Shown here: one piece after another, positions 17,817 through 28,164 of the stretch
Position numbering within the stretch: position 1 is the first letter of the stretch
Layout: each line of letters starts with the position of its first letter
Assembly (NCBI GenBank): GCA_001790445.1
Contig: MGCQ01000009.1
Location: 81,491 to 145,490 of the forward strand
From: Candidatus Saccharibacteria bacterium RIFCSPHIGHO2_12_FULL_41_12
GTDB lineage: Bacteria > Patescibacteriota > Saccharimonadia > Saccharimonadales > 2-12-FULL-41-12
Direction of reading: 5' to 3'
DNA: 64,000 nucleotides
Notes under the pieces: model-generated
The model's database searches: none
What the model was told of the DNA's origin: nothing
Seen by the model: only the letters and a program-made list of their open reading frames with translations
Program-made: the position numbers and the translations under genes

Positions 17817-18855
17817 CATGGCGATAGAGAGAATTACCCAACCAGAGCCGGATGAAATTGAGCTAAAGGAAGAGGTTACTCTCCGGCCGAAGGATTTCAA
17901 AAGTTATGTTGGACAGGAACGCCTAAAGAAAAACGTCAAGCTAGCTATCGATGCCGCCAAAAAACGAGGTGAACCGATTGACCATGTTTTGCTATATGGT
18001 CCACCAGGACTTGGCAAGACAACCATGGCGCATGTTATAGCCAATGAGATGGGAGCAGCACTGCGCGTGACTTCCGGTCCTGCCATTGAGAGAGCAGGTG
18101 ACCTGGCCAGCATGTTGACCAATCTTCAAGATGGAGACATTTTGTTTATTGATGAGATTCACCGGCTTAATCGCTCAATAGAAGAGATACTGTATTCTGC
18201 AATGGAGGATTTTAAACTTGATATTATGATCGGCAAAGGACCAAGCGCCAAGAGTCTGCGACTCGATTTGCCAAGCTTTACCATAATTGGCGCGACAACA
18301 AGAACGGGGTCTTTGGCGGCGCCACTGCGAGATAGATTTGGTATTCAGCATCGCCTGGAATTTTATAACGAGGACGAAGTAAAGCAGATTATTAAAAGAA
18401 CAGCTAAAATATTGGGGGTAGATATAGATACAGCAGCAGCTGAGCATCTTGCTAAAAGATCACGATTAACTCCTAGAATTGCCAACAGACTGCTGAAGAG
18501 AGTTCGTGATTACGCAGATGTGAACGGAGACGGAATTATCGACGCATCTATCAGTCAAAAAGCGATGGGGCTACTTGAAATTGATGAGCTTGGGCTTGAC
18601 CCGGCCGACAGAAAGATACTAGAGACTATGATCGATAATTACCAAAATCGTCCAGTAGGGCTTGATACAATTGCTGCACTAACGGGAGATGAAAAGGTGA
18701 CTATAGAAGATTTCTTTGAGCCATATCTTATGCAAATAGGGTTACTAGAGAGAACGCCAAGAGGACGAAAGGCTACGCCAAAGGCCTACAAACATCTTAA
18801 AAAAGACTTTCCAAAAGGAGCGAAAGGTAATCCGGAGCAAGAAAAACTGCTATAA
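17806..18855 (+). CDS. ruvB: Holliday junction helicase RuvB
   Basis: [22 protein letters not shown] Walker A and the RuvB C-terminal winged helix. An alternative start at ATG 17818 lies just after the SDR stop. Confidence 0.95.
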   Translation: MQNNMAIERITQPEPDEIELKEEVTLRPKDFKSYVGQERLKKNVKLAIDAAKKRGEPIDHVLLYGPPGLGKTTMAHVIANEMGAALRVTSGPAIERAGDLASMLTNLQDGDILFIDEIHRLNRSIEEILYSAMEDFKLDIMIGKGPSAKSLRLDLPSFTIIGATTRTGSLAAPLRDRFGIQHRLEFYNEDEVKQIIKRTAKILGVDIDTAAAEHLAKRSRLTPRIANRLLKRVRDYADVNGDGIIDASISQKAMGLLEIDELGLDPADRKILETMIDNYQNRPVGLDTIAALTGDEKVTIEDFFEPYLMQIGLLERTPRGRKATPKAYKHLKKDFPKGAKGNPEQEKLL

Positions 18856-18863
18856 TCAAAATT

Positions 18864-19445
18864 ATGCATCAAGACAATTACCAAGGACCAAGTTCTGAGA
18901 CCAAAGACATTAATATCAGCGATATAAGCAGTGGGGAGCAGAAACTAGCAGAGATTAGGCGTCATCCTTTTGGGATAATTATTATTTATGTTCAAGCGTT
19001 GCTAGCTTTGTTGCTGTCAACATTGTTGGTTGTTTTTTTACTGCCAGGTGTTATTAAAACTTTGGGAGTCTCAGCTACGACAACGACAGCAATTGTCGGA
19101 CTTCTCGGGCTGATTGTCTTAATTTTAGTCATTATATTTCTGTTGCTTGCGACTTGGATTTATCACAGAAGTCTCTTAGTCGTAACCACCAGAAATGTCA
19201 CTCTAACCAACCAAATCGGACTGTTTAACCGTAAAATCTCAGAAATTGCTATGACAAATATTGAAGATGTTACTAGCCAAAAAGAGGGAATATTTCCGAC
19301 TTTATTTAATTTTGGGGTTCTCAAAGTAGAAACGGCAGGTGAGCAGTTTAATTTTCATTATACTTACTGTGTTAATCCTGATGTTTCAGCAAAAATCATC
19401 CTCGATGCTCGGGAAGCTTTTATTATGGGACACAAACCCGAATAG
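18864..19445 (+). CDS. Membrane protein with bacterial PH-like domain (YdbS/YdbT, DUF304-like)
   Basis: Two TM helices, then VTTRNVTLTNQIGLFNRKISEIAMTNIEDVTSQKEGIF...VLKVETAG, resembling bPH_2. Confidence 0.45.
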   Translation: MHQDNYQGPSSETKDINISDISSGEQKLAEIRRHPFGIIIIYVQALLALLLSTLLVVFLLPGVIKTLGVSATTTTAIVGLLGLIVLILVIIFLLLATWIYHRSLLVVTTRNVTLTNQIGLFNRKISEIAMTNIEDVTSQKEGIFPTLFNFGVLKVETAGEQFNFHYTYCVNPDVSAKIILDAREAFIMGHKPE

Positions 19446-19454
19446 AAAAGCAAT

Positions 19455-19751
19455 TTATTGATCAGAAAATGGGTTGTTTCTTGCATCCTTGAAGAGTGCT
19501 TGAACAGGGACGCTTTCATCTTGAAGTTTTTGAATCTTTTCAAGTGAGTCTTGATCAATTGTTGGGCCTTTTGTCTCTGCTAGCTTCTGGGTCAGTTGCT
19601 CATTGGTTGGTGATTGAGAAGAGAGTTGGTTAATTCGAAAAATTATTGATGAGTAAAGCAATATTATAAATACCATAAAGATCATTTTGTAATATTTGAT
19701 TAAGGCTTCACGGGTTTTATCTATGTAGAGAGAATAGTTGATGTTTTTCAT
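19455..19751 (-). CDS. Small membrane-anchored protein, last gene of the pilMNO operon (possible PilP-like accessory)
   Basis: 98 aa with an N-terminal TM helix. Start overlaps the pilO stop by 4 nt. Confidence 0.4.
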   Translation of the reverse strand: MKNINYSLYIDKTREALIKYYKMIFMVFIILLYSSIIFRINQLSSQSPTNEQLTQKLAETKGPTIDQDSLEKIQKLQDESVPVQALFKDARNNPFSDQ

Positions 19752-20398
19752 TTTTTTGCCTCTGGTTTTACGTAAACTCTTAGGGTTATATTGTAGGTCA
19801 GTTTGTCTCCGCGTTTGCGGTCAGGCGTCAAGGAAATATTGGTAATATGAGCCGTTCTTCTGTTAGACTCTAGCCCATTCATAAATTTAGTTATATTATC
19901 AAAAGATACAAGACTATTCGAGTCGTTAGCTAGAACAATTTCCATAGTATAGACACCGCTAATGCCGTCAACCGGCTTCACCTGAGTGATTGGTGGGGTT
20001 GTTTGTTTTGGAGCGGTTGTGGCAGATTTGTCCTCTGTTTTAGGTACGGGGACAGCTTTTTGGCCTAGAGTAGAAGTGCTAAATGTTATTGTTTTTACTG
20101 GGACTCCGTTGTTCTCAGCAATCTTGTATATTTCTCTAAGTGTTTTTGCTTGGTCTTTATCTTGAGGAACGATACTTTTGGTCATTTCGTTAAGAGAGGA
20201 GTATTTAGCGATGTCTTTTTTGGCTTGTTTAAAGGCAGCTTCTTGAGCTTCCAAGCTGGCAGATTCGACTTTGGTCTGAATAAGTATTTCTGATTGCTTT
20301 TGGAGCAAGACGTCGCCACCTACTGCTACGCCTATTATAGCAAGCACGGTGAGACCAGTAAGAAACACCAAAACAAAAAACAATCTTTTAGCTGTCAT
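19748..20398 (-). CDS. pilO: Type IV pilus assembly protein PilO-like
   Basis: N-terminal TM helix, coiled-coil segment, C-terminal domain. Position after pilN with a 4-nt overlap. Confidence 0.55.
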   Translation of the reverse strand: MTAKRLFFVLVFLTGLTVLAIIGVAVGGDVLLQKQSEILIQTKVESASLEAQEAAFKQAKKDIAKYSSLNEMTKSIVPQDKDQAKTLREIYKIAENNGVPVKTITFSTSTLGQKAVPVPKTEDKSATTAPKQTTPPITQVKPVDGISGVYTMEIVLANDSNSLVSFDNITKFMNGLESNRRTAHITNISLTPDRKRGDKLTYNITLRVYVKPEAKK

Positions 20399-21018
20399 GG
20401 TGTTTTTTCTCCTGCCTTTGTCGCTTTTGGTGCGTATTTAGGGTCAATAAATAAGTATGGATTATTTTGCTTTTTAAAGGTTGCTTTGATAGTGACACTA
20501 CAAGGATATTGCACGTCGTCGCCAGATTTACAGCCGATATTATCTATGTCTGCTTTTTCAAAAATACCGTTATTTTTATCCTCTAGATTGAGTTGAAGTT
20601 GTGTAGCAGACTGAACATCAAGTGTGGATGCCTTTAGGGTAATCCCACCCTCAATGTTTTCAATATTGAGGCCATCAAGAGCTGCACCGGCTGGCATAAC
20701 CGAACCAATTTGTTTGATAAGTTTAGAGAATAAGACTTCTTTAGACAAGACCTGAAGAGTTAATCTTATGTTGTCAGATATGACAGAAAGTTCCTTATTT
20801 ACGCCCTCTATATTTCTCTCTTTGAGTGTTGCAAGTTTTACGGTGTTTTCTTTTGTTTGGCCTTGCGTGAGGTAACGAGTGTAAAGTAACCCGCTAATAA
20901 CTATTAGAGCTACTCCAAGACCTGAGATAATTAGTACAACAAGCCATCGTAGCAGGACGGTATTTTTACGTGCATAAAAAATACTATCTCTGTAATCTGT
21001 GGGTAGGAGGTTAATCAC
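20395..21018 (-). CDS. pilN: Type IV pilus assembly protein PilN
   Basis: MINLLPTDYR... is the canonical PilN N-terminus, followed by a TM helix. 4-nt overlap with pilM. Confidence 0.7.
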   Translation of the reverse strand: MINLLPTDYRDSIFYARKNTVLLRWLVVLIISGLGVALIVISGLLYTRYLTQGQTKENTVKLATLKERNIEGVNKELSVISDNIRLTLQVLSKEVLFSKLIKQIGSVMPAGAALDGLNIENIEGGITLKASTLDVQSATQLQLNLEDKNNGIFEKADIDNIGCKSGDDVQYPCSVTIKATFKKQNNPYLFIDPKYAPKATKAGEKTP

Positions 21019-22115
21019 GAGAATATCTCCTTTGAGTCAATTAAGGCTAATCCCGCAACAGTTACATACATAGATCTTTCCATTTGAGTAGGATGCTGCA
21101 ATTTGTTAAGATCAATATTTTGCCAAGGGTCACACGTACGGACAGGCAGTCTTAGAGAATTTATTATGTATTCACTGAGCCCTTGCATATTTGCTCCGCC
21201 ACCCATAGTGACTATTTGACCAATTTTAGACTTTTTGTCACCTCTGTCTTCGTAGTAGCGAATCATTCTTTTAATTTCTTTAACCAACTGCTCAAGTTCA
21301 GGTTCCATTGCTTTTAATACTTGGCTTTGTTTTTTACTCTTACTCAAGCCGTATTTGGTCTTGATGATGTGGGCTTCTTCTTGGCTAACAGATAAACTGG
21401 ACGTTAGTCTATCTGTAAACATCTCACCGCCGGTGGGTATGGTGTTGGTAACAATCATGGTTTTGTCATGTATTGTTATGTCTGAGGAGTATGAACCAAT
21501 ATCTATCAGTACAGAGGGCACAGCATTATGTTGGTCTTGTTTCTCGAATAAGCGGGCCACCGCTCCAATATTTGTTTCAAATGCTATTGGTTCAAGCCCT
21601 AACATACGGGCGAGTGCCATATACGAATCAACAATTTTGCGAGGTGACGCCACAACAAGAACCTCAATGTCGTCTTTTCTTGTTTCTATCACCGAATAAT
21701 CAAAATAAAGATCTGCGAATGCCATCGGGATATACTGTTCTGACTCCATTGCCACAGCTTCACTAAGTTGACTAGGCTTTATCTTTGGCAAAGTCAGCAC
21801 CTTGCTAAAGGTGTGGTTAGATGGAACCGTCATAGCGACCCTGGAAGTTGTTATTTTGCCGACTATCTTATTTTGGAATAATTCACCAACGGATTTAGCC
21901 ATGGTATCAAAGTCTTCAATGACGCCGTCTTTAATAGCATTGTGGTCTAGTTTGCCTACACCGTAGGCCTGGAGCTTGCAGGTCTTTTTGTCAACTTCAG
22001 AAAGTTGCATAATTTTCAGGGTGCTAGAACCTATATCCAGACCAAAAATTGGTTTATCTTTGAAAATTAGTGTTTTGTTTTGGCCACCCATAATGTTTCT
22101 CATCAAATTATACAA
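21015..22115 (-). CDS. pilM: Type IV pilus assembly ATPase-like protein PilM (actin-like fold)
   Basis: FGLDIGSSTLKIMQL... and the PilM/FtsA-like ASKHA fold motifs. Confidence 0.85.
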   Translation of the reverse strand: MYNLMRNIMGGQNKTLIFKDKPIFGLDIGSSTLKIMQLSEVDKKTCKLQAYGVGKLDHNAIKDGVIEDFDTMAKSVGELFQNKIVGKITTSRVAMTVPSNHTFSKVLTLPKIKPSQLSEAVAMESEQYIPMAFADLYFDYSVIETRKDDIEVLVVASPRKIVDSYMALARMLGLEPIAFETNIGAVARLFEKQDQHNAVPSVLIDIGSYSSDITIHDKTMIVTNTIPTGGEMFTDRLTSSLSVSQEEAHIIKTKYGLSKSKKQSQVLKAMEPELEQLVKEIKRMIRYYEDRGDKKSKIGQIVTMGGGANMQGLSEYIINSLRLPVRTCDPWQNIDLNKLQHPTQMERSMYVTVAGLALIDSKEIFS

Positions 22116-22150
22116 TAGTTATGCTTATAGCCACAACACTTCTGTTCAAT

Positions 22151-22183
22151 AAAAAAACTCCGCTGTTCCTAGGAAAGGCGGAG
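22151..22183 (-). terminator. Rho-independent terminator downstream of pilA
   Basis: Minus-strand ctccgc-loop-gcggag followed by a 7-U tract (plus-strand A7 at 22151-22157). Confidence 0.6.
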
Positions 22184-22208
22184 TTTTAGTTTGAAGCTAA
22201 TTTAACTA

Positions 22209-22661
22209 TTAGTTAAGAGAGCTTTTTGTGAAGGTTAGTCCTGTTCCTTCTTCTCTGTTTGCAGTCAATATGTACGAAGTACAGTCAGCTGCAGCTGTAG
22301 TACAAGCAACACCGCCGTTAGTAGCGTAACCATACTCTGTTGCAGATGCAGCAGCAGCAAGTGTTTGTGCGCTCCCTTTAGGATCTTGTAGCGCAGCGCT
22401 ATCTAGACCTTTCATGTTGTCTGTTCTCCAGCTCCCAGTGTTTACTTCTGCTAATGCTGGATATGAGCCATTTTGAGCATAATATGCTTCAAGTTGACTG
22501 TGCAATGCACCGATATCTGTTTGACGCTCTTTATCACGAGCTTTTTGTTGTATTCCACTAAATGTAGTTACCACTAATGCAGCCAAGATACCAATCACAA
22601 CGATTACTATCAATAACTCAACAATAGTGAAACCCTGTTGCTTATTTTTTAGAGAGACCAT
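22209..22661 (-). CDS. pilA: Type IV major pilin (prepilin with class III signal)
   Basis: MVSLKNKQQG|FTIVELLIVIVVIGILAAL: the G-FTxxE prepilin peptidase site and a hydrophobic alpha1 helix. A strong GGAGGG RBS precedes it. Confidence 0.85.
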   Translation of the reverse strand: MVSLKNKQQGFTIVELLIVIVVIGILAALVVTTFSGIQQKARDKERQTDIGALHSQLEAYYAQNGSYPALAEVNTGSWRTDNMKGLDSAALQDPKGSAQTLAAAASATEYGYATNGGVACTTAAADCTSYILTANREEGTGLTFTKSSLN

Positions 22662-22780
22662 AAGGACCCACCCTCCTAATTTATTTAATTTTTTGATACG
22701 ATCTCACCGCTAGGGTAAGCATCTAGAAGATATAGTAACCATAAGCGTCACGGAAGTCAAGAGATTTCCCCAGCAAACAC

Positions 22781-24004
22781 TTATTCCTTACCTGCATTTT
22801 GACTTAGGCTAGCGATTGGGCCCATCACACTTGCGGCGATAACACCGACCATGGCGCCAAGCACAATAATCATAACAGGTTCTATCAAAGAGCTAATCCC
22901 GTCAATAACTGCATCGACCTCTTCCTCATAAAAATCAGCGACTTTGAGTAGAATTGTATCAATTTGCCCTGTTTCCTCGCCAATTGCCAGCATTTGGGAG
23001 ACAATTGCAGGGAAGTAAGGGCTTTTGCTAAGAGGTTCAGAGAGTTGTTTGCCAGCTTTTATCTGTTCTGCAGCTTCTTTGAGGTCTTTTTCTATGACTA
23101 AATTACCGATAGCGCCACCGGTTACTTCAAGTGCATCAAGTACGCCAACCCCTGCTGACATTAGCGAAGCAAAAGTTCTGGCAAAACGAGCAATAGCAAT
23201 TTTAATAATAATATTCTTGACAACAGGTATCCTGAGTAGAGTTGCATGGAGTTTGTACTTGCCCTTTGTTGTTTTTATGTAACGACGGAAGAGATATACT
23301 CCGCCAAACAATACGATACCTATAATAATGGCATTGTGTCTCATAAAGTCGCTCAGCCCAAGCATAACTTGGGTATAGATTGGTAGTTGTGCGTTCGGTC
23401 CACCAAGATCTTTGATAATTTTGCCCAATTTTGGAATGACAAAAATCATAATACCAAAAAACGCGACAACAGTGATGCTGAGGATCACTACAGGGTAGGC
23501 CATAGCACTTTTTATTTTTTTTCTGATAGTAGCATCTTTTTCAACTTGGGTGGCTAGCCTTTGCAATATCTCATCCAATATTCCTCCAGATTCACCGGCT
23601 CGAACCATGTTGACGTATACATCGCTAAATACATCAGGATGTTTTGCGAATGCATCCGCAAGTGGCATACCTCCTTCTATATCTTTTGAGATAGCACCAA
23701 TTACGCTCGTGAAGTATTTGTTATCAGATTGAGTCTGCATAGTTGCCAAAGAACGATTTAATGGCACGCCAGCAGATATCATAGTTGAGAGCTGGCGAGT
23801 GAATACCACAAGATCTTTCAGCTTAACTTTGCCTTTGCCAAGAGAGAGTTTGCTAAATCTATCTATTGTTGAACTAGCTTTGATATTCAGAACATGAACA
23901 TTTTGGCGAGATAAGGTGGTGATGGCATCTTCTTTGGTTTGGGCCTCAACCTTGCCAGAGATTTTTTTGCCCTCTTTAGTACCAGTAAATTTATATGATT
24001 CCAT
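22781..24004 (-). CDS. pilC: Type IV pilus inner-membrane platform protein PilC (GspF family)
   Basis: 407 aa with the duplicated GspF domain architecture and three TM helices. Confidence 0.9.
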   Translation of the reverse strand: MESYKFTGTKEGKKISGKVEAQTKEDAITTLSRQNVHVLNIKASSTIDRFSKLSLGKGKVKLKDLVVFTRQLSTMISAGVPLNRSLATMQTQSDNKYFTSVIGAISKDIEGGMPLADAFAKHPDVFSDVYVNMVRAGESGGILDEILQRLATQVEKDATIRKKIKSAMAYPVVILSITVVAFFGIMIFVIPKLGKIIKDLGGPNAQLPIYTQVMLGLSDFMRHNAIIIGIVLFGGVYLFRRYIKTTKGKYKLHATLLRIPVVKNIIIKIAIARFARTFASLMSAGVGVLDALEVTGGAIGNLVIEKDLKEAAEQIKAGKQLSEPLSKSPYFPAIVSQMLAIGEETGQIDTILLKVADFYEEEVDAVIDGISSLIEPVMIIVLGAMVGVIAASVMGPIASLSQNAGKE

Positions 24005-24007
24005 ATA

Positions 24008-25819
24008 TTATCTTTCGGAAGTTACTCTTAAGATTTCCTCTATGCTTGTTTGTCCCCGCAGAGCTTTAATGAATCCGTCAATTTGCATGATCACCATGCC
24101 GCCCGCGACCGCTTGGTTTTGTATGGCGTCACTTGTGCCATTGCCAACAATTAATTTCTGGACGTCGCTTGAATTATCAAGAACTTCATAGATACCTATT
24201 CGACCTTTATAGCCTGTATGTCCGCAAGCTTCACATCCATCGTCTTTGGCTTTCCATATTTTCATTATGGTGTCTTCTGTGGTTGAAAGGCTGTCGGTTT
24301 CAGAATGGCCACTTTTGCCGTTGCTTTTGCCAATACCTCCATCGAGTGCTGCTTTTTCGAGTTCGTGGATATATTTCATTTTAGTTTTGTCAACAACTCG
24401 GAACGTTTCATAGATTTTTTTAGTCGTGGTAGCGTCTGGTTTTTCAGGAGATCGACAATCAACACATAGTCTTCTTACCAACCTTTGTCCAACGACTGCA
24501 CGTACAGTGCTGGCAATTAAAAACGGCTCTATCCCCATATCAAGCAAACGGGGCAGGCAGGTGGCGGCATTATTGGTGTGAAGAGTCGCAAAGACTAAGT
24601 GTCCAGTCAAAGCGGCTTGGACGCCAAGCCCAGCTGTTTCGCCATCACGGATTTCACCAACCATGATTATATTGGGGTCCTGTCTGAGTAGTGCGCGTAG
24701 TCCTGAAGCAAAGGTCATCCCAGCTTTTGGGTTAACTTGAGTTTGGTTAGCGCCAGGAATTTTATATTCTACGGGATCTTCTACGGTAGAGATATTGACG
24801 GACGGCTTGTTAAGTAGGCTTAGTGTGCTAAATAGACTGGTTGATTTGCCTGAGCCAGTTGGTCCAGTGACCAAAATCATGCCGTGAGGCTGGATAATTG
24901 CTTTATTGATTGTGTCAAGCGATTTCCCCCAATATCCCAGCTCCTCAAGGGTTAGTGCTTTGCTAGACTCATTTAATATACGCATCACAACTTTTTCGCC
25001 CTCGCTGATTGGCAATGTAGAAACACGTAGCGCGTAAAACCCAGAGCCTATTTGGATTTTAAATCTTCCGTCTTGTGGGGCCCGTCGTTCATCAATTTTG
25101 AGATTGCTGAGAATTTTAATACGGCTAACCAGTGGACCGTGGACTTTTTTGGGCAATTTGTTGGCTTCTTTTAATATTCCATCAACTCGGTACCGGACGC
25201 TGACGTATGTTTCCCTTGGTTCTATATGAATATCGCTGGCAGATGATTTGATAGCATATTCTATAATGAGATTAACAGTTTGGGCGATAGGAGAATCTTC
25301 TGCAAGATCTTCTTCGGATAAATCTTCATCATCTTCGGCTTCTTCTTGGTCTGGAGCAAGGACTTTTGTTAATTCAGAGGATACGTTATCTCTATATTGG
25401 TCCAGCGCTTGAAGTATGCTCGAAGTTGGTGCGACAAACATTTTCAGGTTAGTTCCAATCTGTTTTTGGAGGAAATTGATTGCTTGAACATCGTCAGGAT
25501 CTTCCATGGCAATGAGCTTGCTACCGTCTTCTTCAACGCCAAAAAGGACAACCTTGTATTGTTTGGCAAATTTTTCTGGTATAAGTTTTAGAATTTCACG
25601 TTTTATCTCTTTTGGATTGAGATCAATGAAGTGAGCATCAATAGTCTCGGAATACATTTTGGTCAAATCTTTTTCGCTAATGATATTGTTTTTGACTACA
25701 ATATCTTGAAGCCCTAGTTTTTCGGTGTCAGCTTGTGCTTTGATATTCCCGAGTGCTTCTTTGCCAATTATCCCCGCATCTAGCAGTAATTTTTCTATTT
25801 GTTCGTCGTTTATTTTCAT
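24008..25819 (-). CDS. pilB: Type IV pilus assembly ATPase PilB (GspE family)
   Basis: Walker A GPTGSGKST, Asp and His boxes, a tetracysteine Zn motif and the N-terminal GSPII_E N domain. Confidence 0.95.
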   Translation of the reverse strand: MKINDEQIEKLLLDAGIIGKEALGNIKAQADTEKLGLQDIVVKNNIISEKDLTKMYSETIDAHFIDLNPKEIKREILKLIPEKFAKQYKVVLFGVEEDGSKLIAMEDPDDVQAINFLQKQIGTNLKMFVAPTSSILQALDQYRDNVSSELTKVLAPDQEEAEDDEDLSEEDLAEDSPIAQTVNLIIEYAIKSSASDIHIEPRETYVSVRYRVDGILKEANKLPKKVHGPLVSRIKILSNLKIDERRAPQDGRFKIQIGSGFYALRVSTLPISEGEKVVMRILNESSKALTLEELGYWGKSLDTINKAIIQPHGMILVTGPTGSGKSTSLFSTLSLLNKPSVNISTVEDPVEYKIPGANQTQVNPKAGMTFASGLRALLRQDPNIIMVGEIRDGETAGLGVQAALTGHLVFATLHTNNAATCLPRLLDMGIEPFLIASTVRAVVGQRLVRRLCVDCRSPEKPDATTTKKIYETFRVVDKTKMKYIHELEKAALDGGIGKSNGKSGHSETDSLSTTEDTIMKIWKAKDDGCEACGHTGYKGRIGIYEVLDNSSDVQKLIVGNGTSDAIQNQAVAGGMVIMQIDGFIKALRGQTSIEEILRVTSER

Positions 25820-25912
25820 ATAAGGATTTTACCCACCATAAGCATTTTCATTCTAGATATATTTTACCACCAATATTCTGATTTATTGCAAACTAAGGAG
25901 AAAATGGGTATT

Positions 25913-25933
25913 TTGCAATGAAATTGCTATAAT
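25913..25933 (+). promoter_or_regulatory. recA promoter region: near-palindrome TTGCAAT-N3-ATTGCTA overlapping an extended -10 TGCTATAAT
   Basis: ttgcaatgaaattgcta at 25913-25929 and tataat at 25928-25933. RBS AGAGAGGG, then GTG start at 25972. Candidate repressor operator. Confidence 0.3.
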
Positions 25934-25971
25934 AAACAGGAATAAGGATAAAAATAGAGAGGGTAATTACT

Positions 25972-27000
25972 GTGGCAAAAAAATCAGCAAAATCAGCAAA
26001 ATCAACACCAGAAGAAAACGCAGGCAAGGACCAGGCACTTGGCGTAGCACTGGATACAATTGAGAAACAATTTGGCAAAGGTTCTATCATGAAATTAGGT
26101 GAGGCTCACAAGGTAAATGTGGAAACTGTATCAACAGGTTGTTTAAGCCTTGATCTTGCGCTCGGCGGCGGTATCCCAAAAGGGCGGATCATTGAAATTT
26201 ATGGTCCGGAAAGTTCCGGTAAAACAACGCTGGCTTTGCACGCTATCGCAGAAGTCCAGAGGACGGGCGGTACGGCTGCATTTATCGATGCAGAACACGC
26301 TCTTGACCCGACGTACGCCAAGCGACTAGGTGTTGATACTGATAATTTACTAATATCGCAGCCAGATAATGGTGAGCAAGCACTGGAAATTACTGAGACT
26401 TTAGTGCGCTCCAGTGCAATTAATTTAGTGGTGATTGACTCTGTGGCAGCACTTGTACCACGTGCAGAAATAGAAGGCGATATGGGTGACTCTCACATGG
26501 GTCTTCAGGCGCGTTTGATGAGCCAGGCCCTACGTAAACTCACCGGCATAGTCAGTCGTTCAAATTGTACAGTTATATTCATTAACCAGATTCGTATGAA
26601 GATTGGCGTGATGTTTGGCAACCCAGAGACAACCACTGGTGGAAATGCCTTGAAATTCTACGCAAGTGTTCGTATGGATATTCGTCGAATTGGTCAGATC
26701 AAACAAATTGATGAAGTCATAGGTAGCCGGGTGAGGGTCAAGGTGGTCAAAAACAAAGTAGCTGCTCCATTTAGAGAGGCAGAATTTGATATTATGTACA
26801 ACCAAGGTATATCCAAATCTGGTGATGTGCTAGATCTGGCTGTAGAGCACGAAATTGTTGAAAAAGCCGGTGCTTGGTTCGCCTATAAGGACGAGAAAAT
26901 TGCTCAAGGGCGAGAAGCCGCAAAGAAATATCTAGAAGAAAATCCAAAAATCTTTGACGAAATAACCAAAAAAGTCAGAGAAGCCGCCGAAGAAGAGTAA
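25972..27000 (+). CDS. recA: Recombinase RecA
   Basis: [17 protein letters not shown] Walker A, the L1/L2 loops, and a C-terminal acidic tail. Confidence 0.95.
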   Translation: MAKKSAKSAKSTPEENAGKDQALGVALDTIEKQFGKGSIMKLGEAHKVNVETVSTGCLSLDLALGGGIPKGRIIEIYGPESSGKTTLALHAIAEVQRTGGTAAFIDAEHALDPTYAKRLGVDTDNLLISQPDNGEQALEITETLVRSSAINLVVIDSVAALVPRAEIEGDMGDSHMGLQARLMSQALRKLTGIVSRSNCTVIFINQIRMKIGVMFGNPETTTGGNALKFYASVRMDIRRIGQIKQIDEVIGSRVRVKVVKNKVAAPFREAEFDIMYNQGISKSGDVLDLAVEHEIVEKAGAWFAYKDEKIAQGREAAKKYLEENPKIFDEITKKVREAAEEE

Positions 27001-27004
27001 TCTC

Positions 27005-27592
27005 ATGAAAAGACTTATACCTGTTGGAGGATCTTCTGACAAAACAACCGATATAACTAATAATCTTGTTGAATCTATGCTACGTTATCAGCCTGATAAG
27101 GTAAAAGTTGCTTTTTGTGTCTTTGCTAGACTTGAGGATGATTGGGCAAAGGTTATGGATAATAAAGTAACCCAAATTGAAAAATTTGTCGGTAGGAATA
27201 AAAAAATCTCATACAAATTACTAACTGATGAAAATTTTATTGAGGTATCTGCATGGGCAGATATCATTTTTATGCCAGGTGGCGATCCGTACATATTAAA
27301 AGAAAAATTGGAAAAACATGGAGATCTCAAAAAGCTTTGGGATAATAAGGTTATTGTCGGATCTTCCGCGGGCGCCATGGTAATGTGCAACAAATATGTG
27401 TATCTGCAGGACAAGACAATTGGGCAAGGCTTTGGCTGGCTGGAAGTCAGTTGTTTGCCCCACTATGGTTCAGGTTTTTCAGGATATACGCAAGAAGATT
27501 GGGAACGGGCGGAACTGGAATTACTAAAACAAAGCCCAGGGCAGCCAGTTCTTCGTCTTGCTGAGGGTGAATTTGCTGAATTTACTGTATGA
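27005..27592 (+). CDS. Peptidase S51 (dipeptidase E / cyanophycinase-like) family protein
   Basis: PGGDPY...VGSSAGAMVM matches the S51 catalytic Ser motif. Confidence 0.5.
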   Translation: MKRLIPVGGSSDKTTDITNNLVESMLRYQPDKVKVAFCVFARLEDDWAKVMDNKVTQIEKFVGRNKKISYKLLTDENFIEVSAWADIIFMPGGDPYILKEKLEKHGDLKKLWDNKVIVGSSAGAMVMCNKYVYLQDKTIGQGFGWLEVSCLPHYGSGFSGYTQEDWERAELELLKQSPGQPVLRLAEGEFAEFTV

Positions 27593-28158
27593 AAAAAATA
27601 ATAAAGCTAAATTATGAGATTCTCTTTGAGAGGTTTGGTGGAGGTTCGGCGCGACTAGTAGCTATCGCAAAAGATACCGTAACAGAGGCAGACATGGAAA
27701 GAATTGTTAGTATTTGCAATCAGCCGGAAGTAAAAAAATGGGTAACTTTCCAGTACGCAACTGGCCCAAATGGTCAATATACAATTCAGGACGCCAAAGA
27801 GTTCGTAAAGCAGTCAACCAAAGGATGGCAAGAAGGAGAGATGTTCGCTTACTTAGTTAGAGGCGAGTACAACAAAATAGTAGGTGCTATGGGTTTGAAA
27901 TCACCAGAAAATGGCACTGCAGAAGTTGGTTACTGGTCCGACACAGAGGGGCAGGGTGGCTATATGACTAACGCTTTGAACGCGCTATTACTAGCTTCTG
28001 CGGAAGCAGGATTTACCGAGCTGTACACATTCGTAAAACCAGAAAATGATTCATCAATGAAGCTTTGCCTAAGAGCTGGTTTTATTGGGCAACCGCAGAT
28101 GGTTTATGTTGAAAAACATGACGAAAAACTATTAAAATTTGTTAGAAAGCTACATTAA
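27589..28158 (+). CDS. GNAT-family N-acetyltransferase (RimJ/RimL-like)
   Basis: VGYWSDTEGQGGYMTNAL matches the acetyl-CoA binding motif A. Confidence 0.6.
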   Translation: MKKIIKLNYEILFERFGGGSARLVAIAKDTVTEADMERIVSICNQPEVKKWVTFQYATGPNGQYTIQDAKEFVKQSTKGWQEGEMFAYLVRGEYNKIVGAMGLKSPENGTAEVGYWSDTEGQGGYMTNALNALLLASAEAGFTELYTFVKPENDSSMKLCLRAGFIGQPQMVYVEKHDEKLLKFVRKLH

Positions 28159-28164
28159 TAATTT

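Noticed and set aside
23025-24384. Several 60-91-aa plus-strand ORFs inside pilC/pilB (23025, 23550, 23916, 24133) and minus-strand ORFs inside recA, purD/purF, murA, ClpC-like and other genes
   Set aside because: All are antisense or out-of-frame shadows of strongly supported genes.
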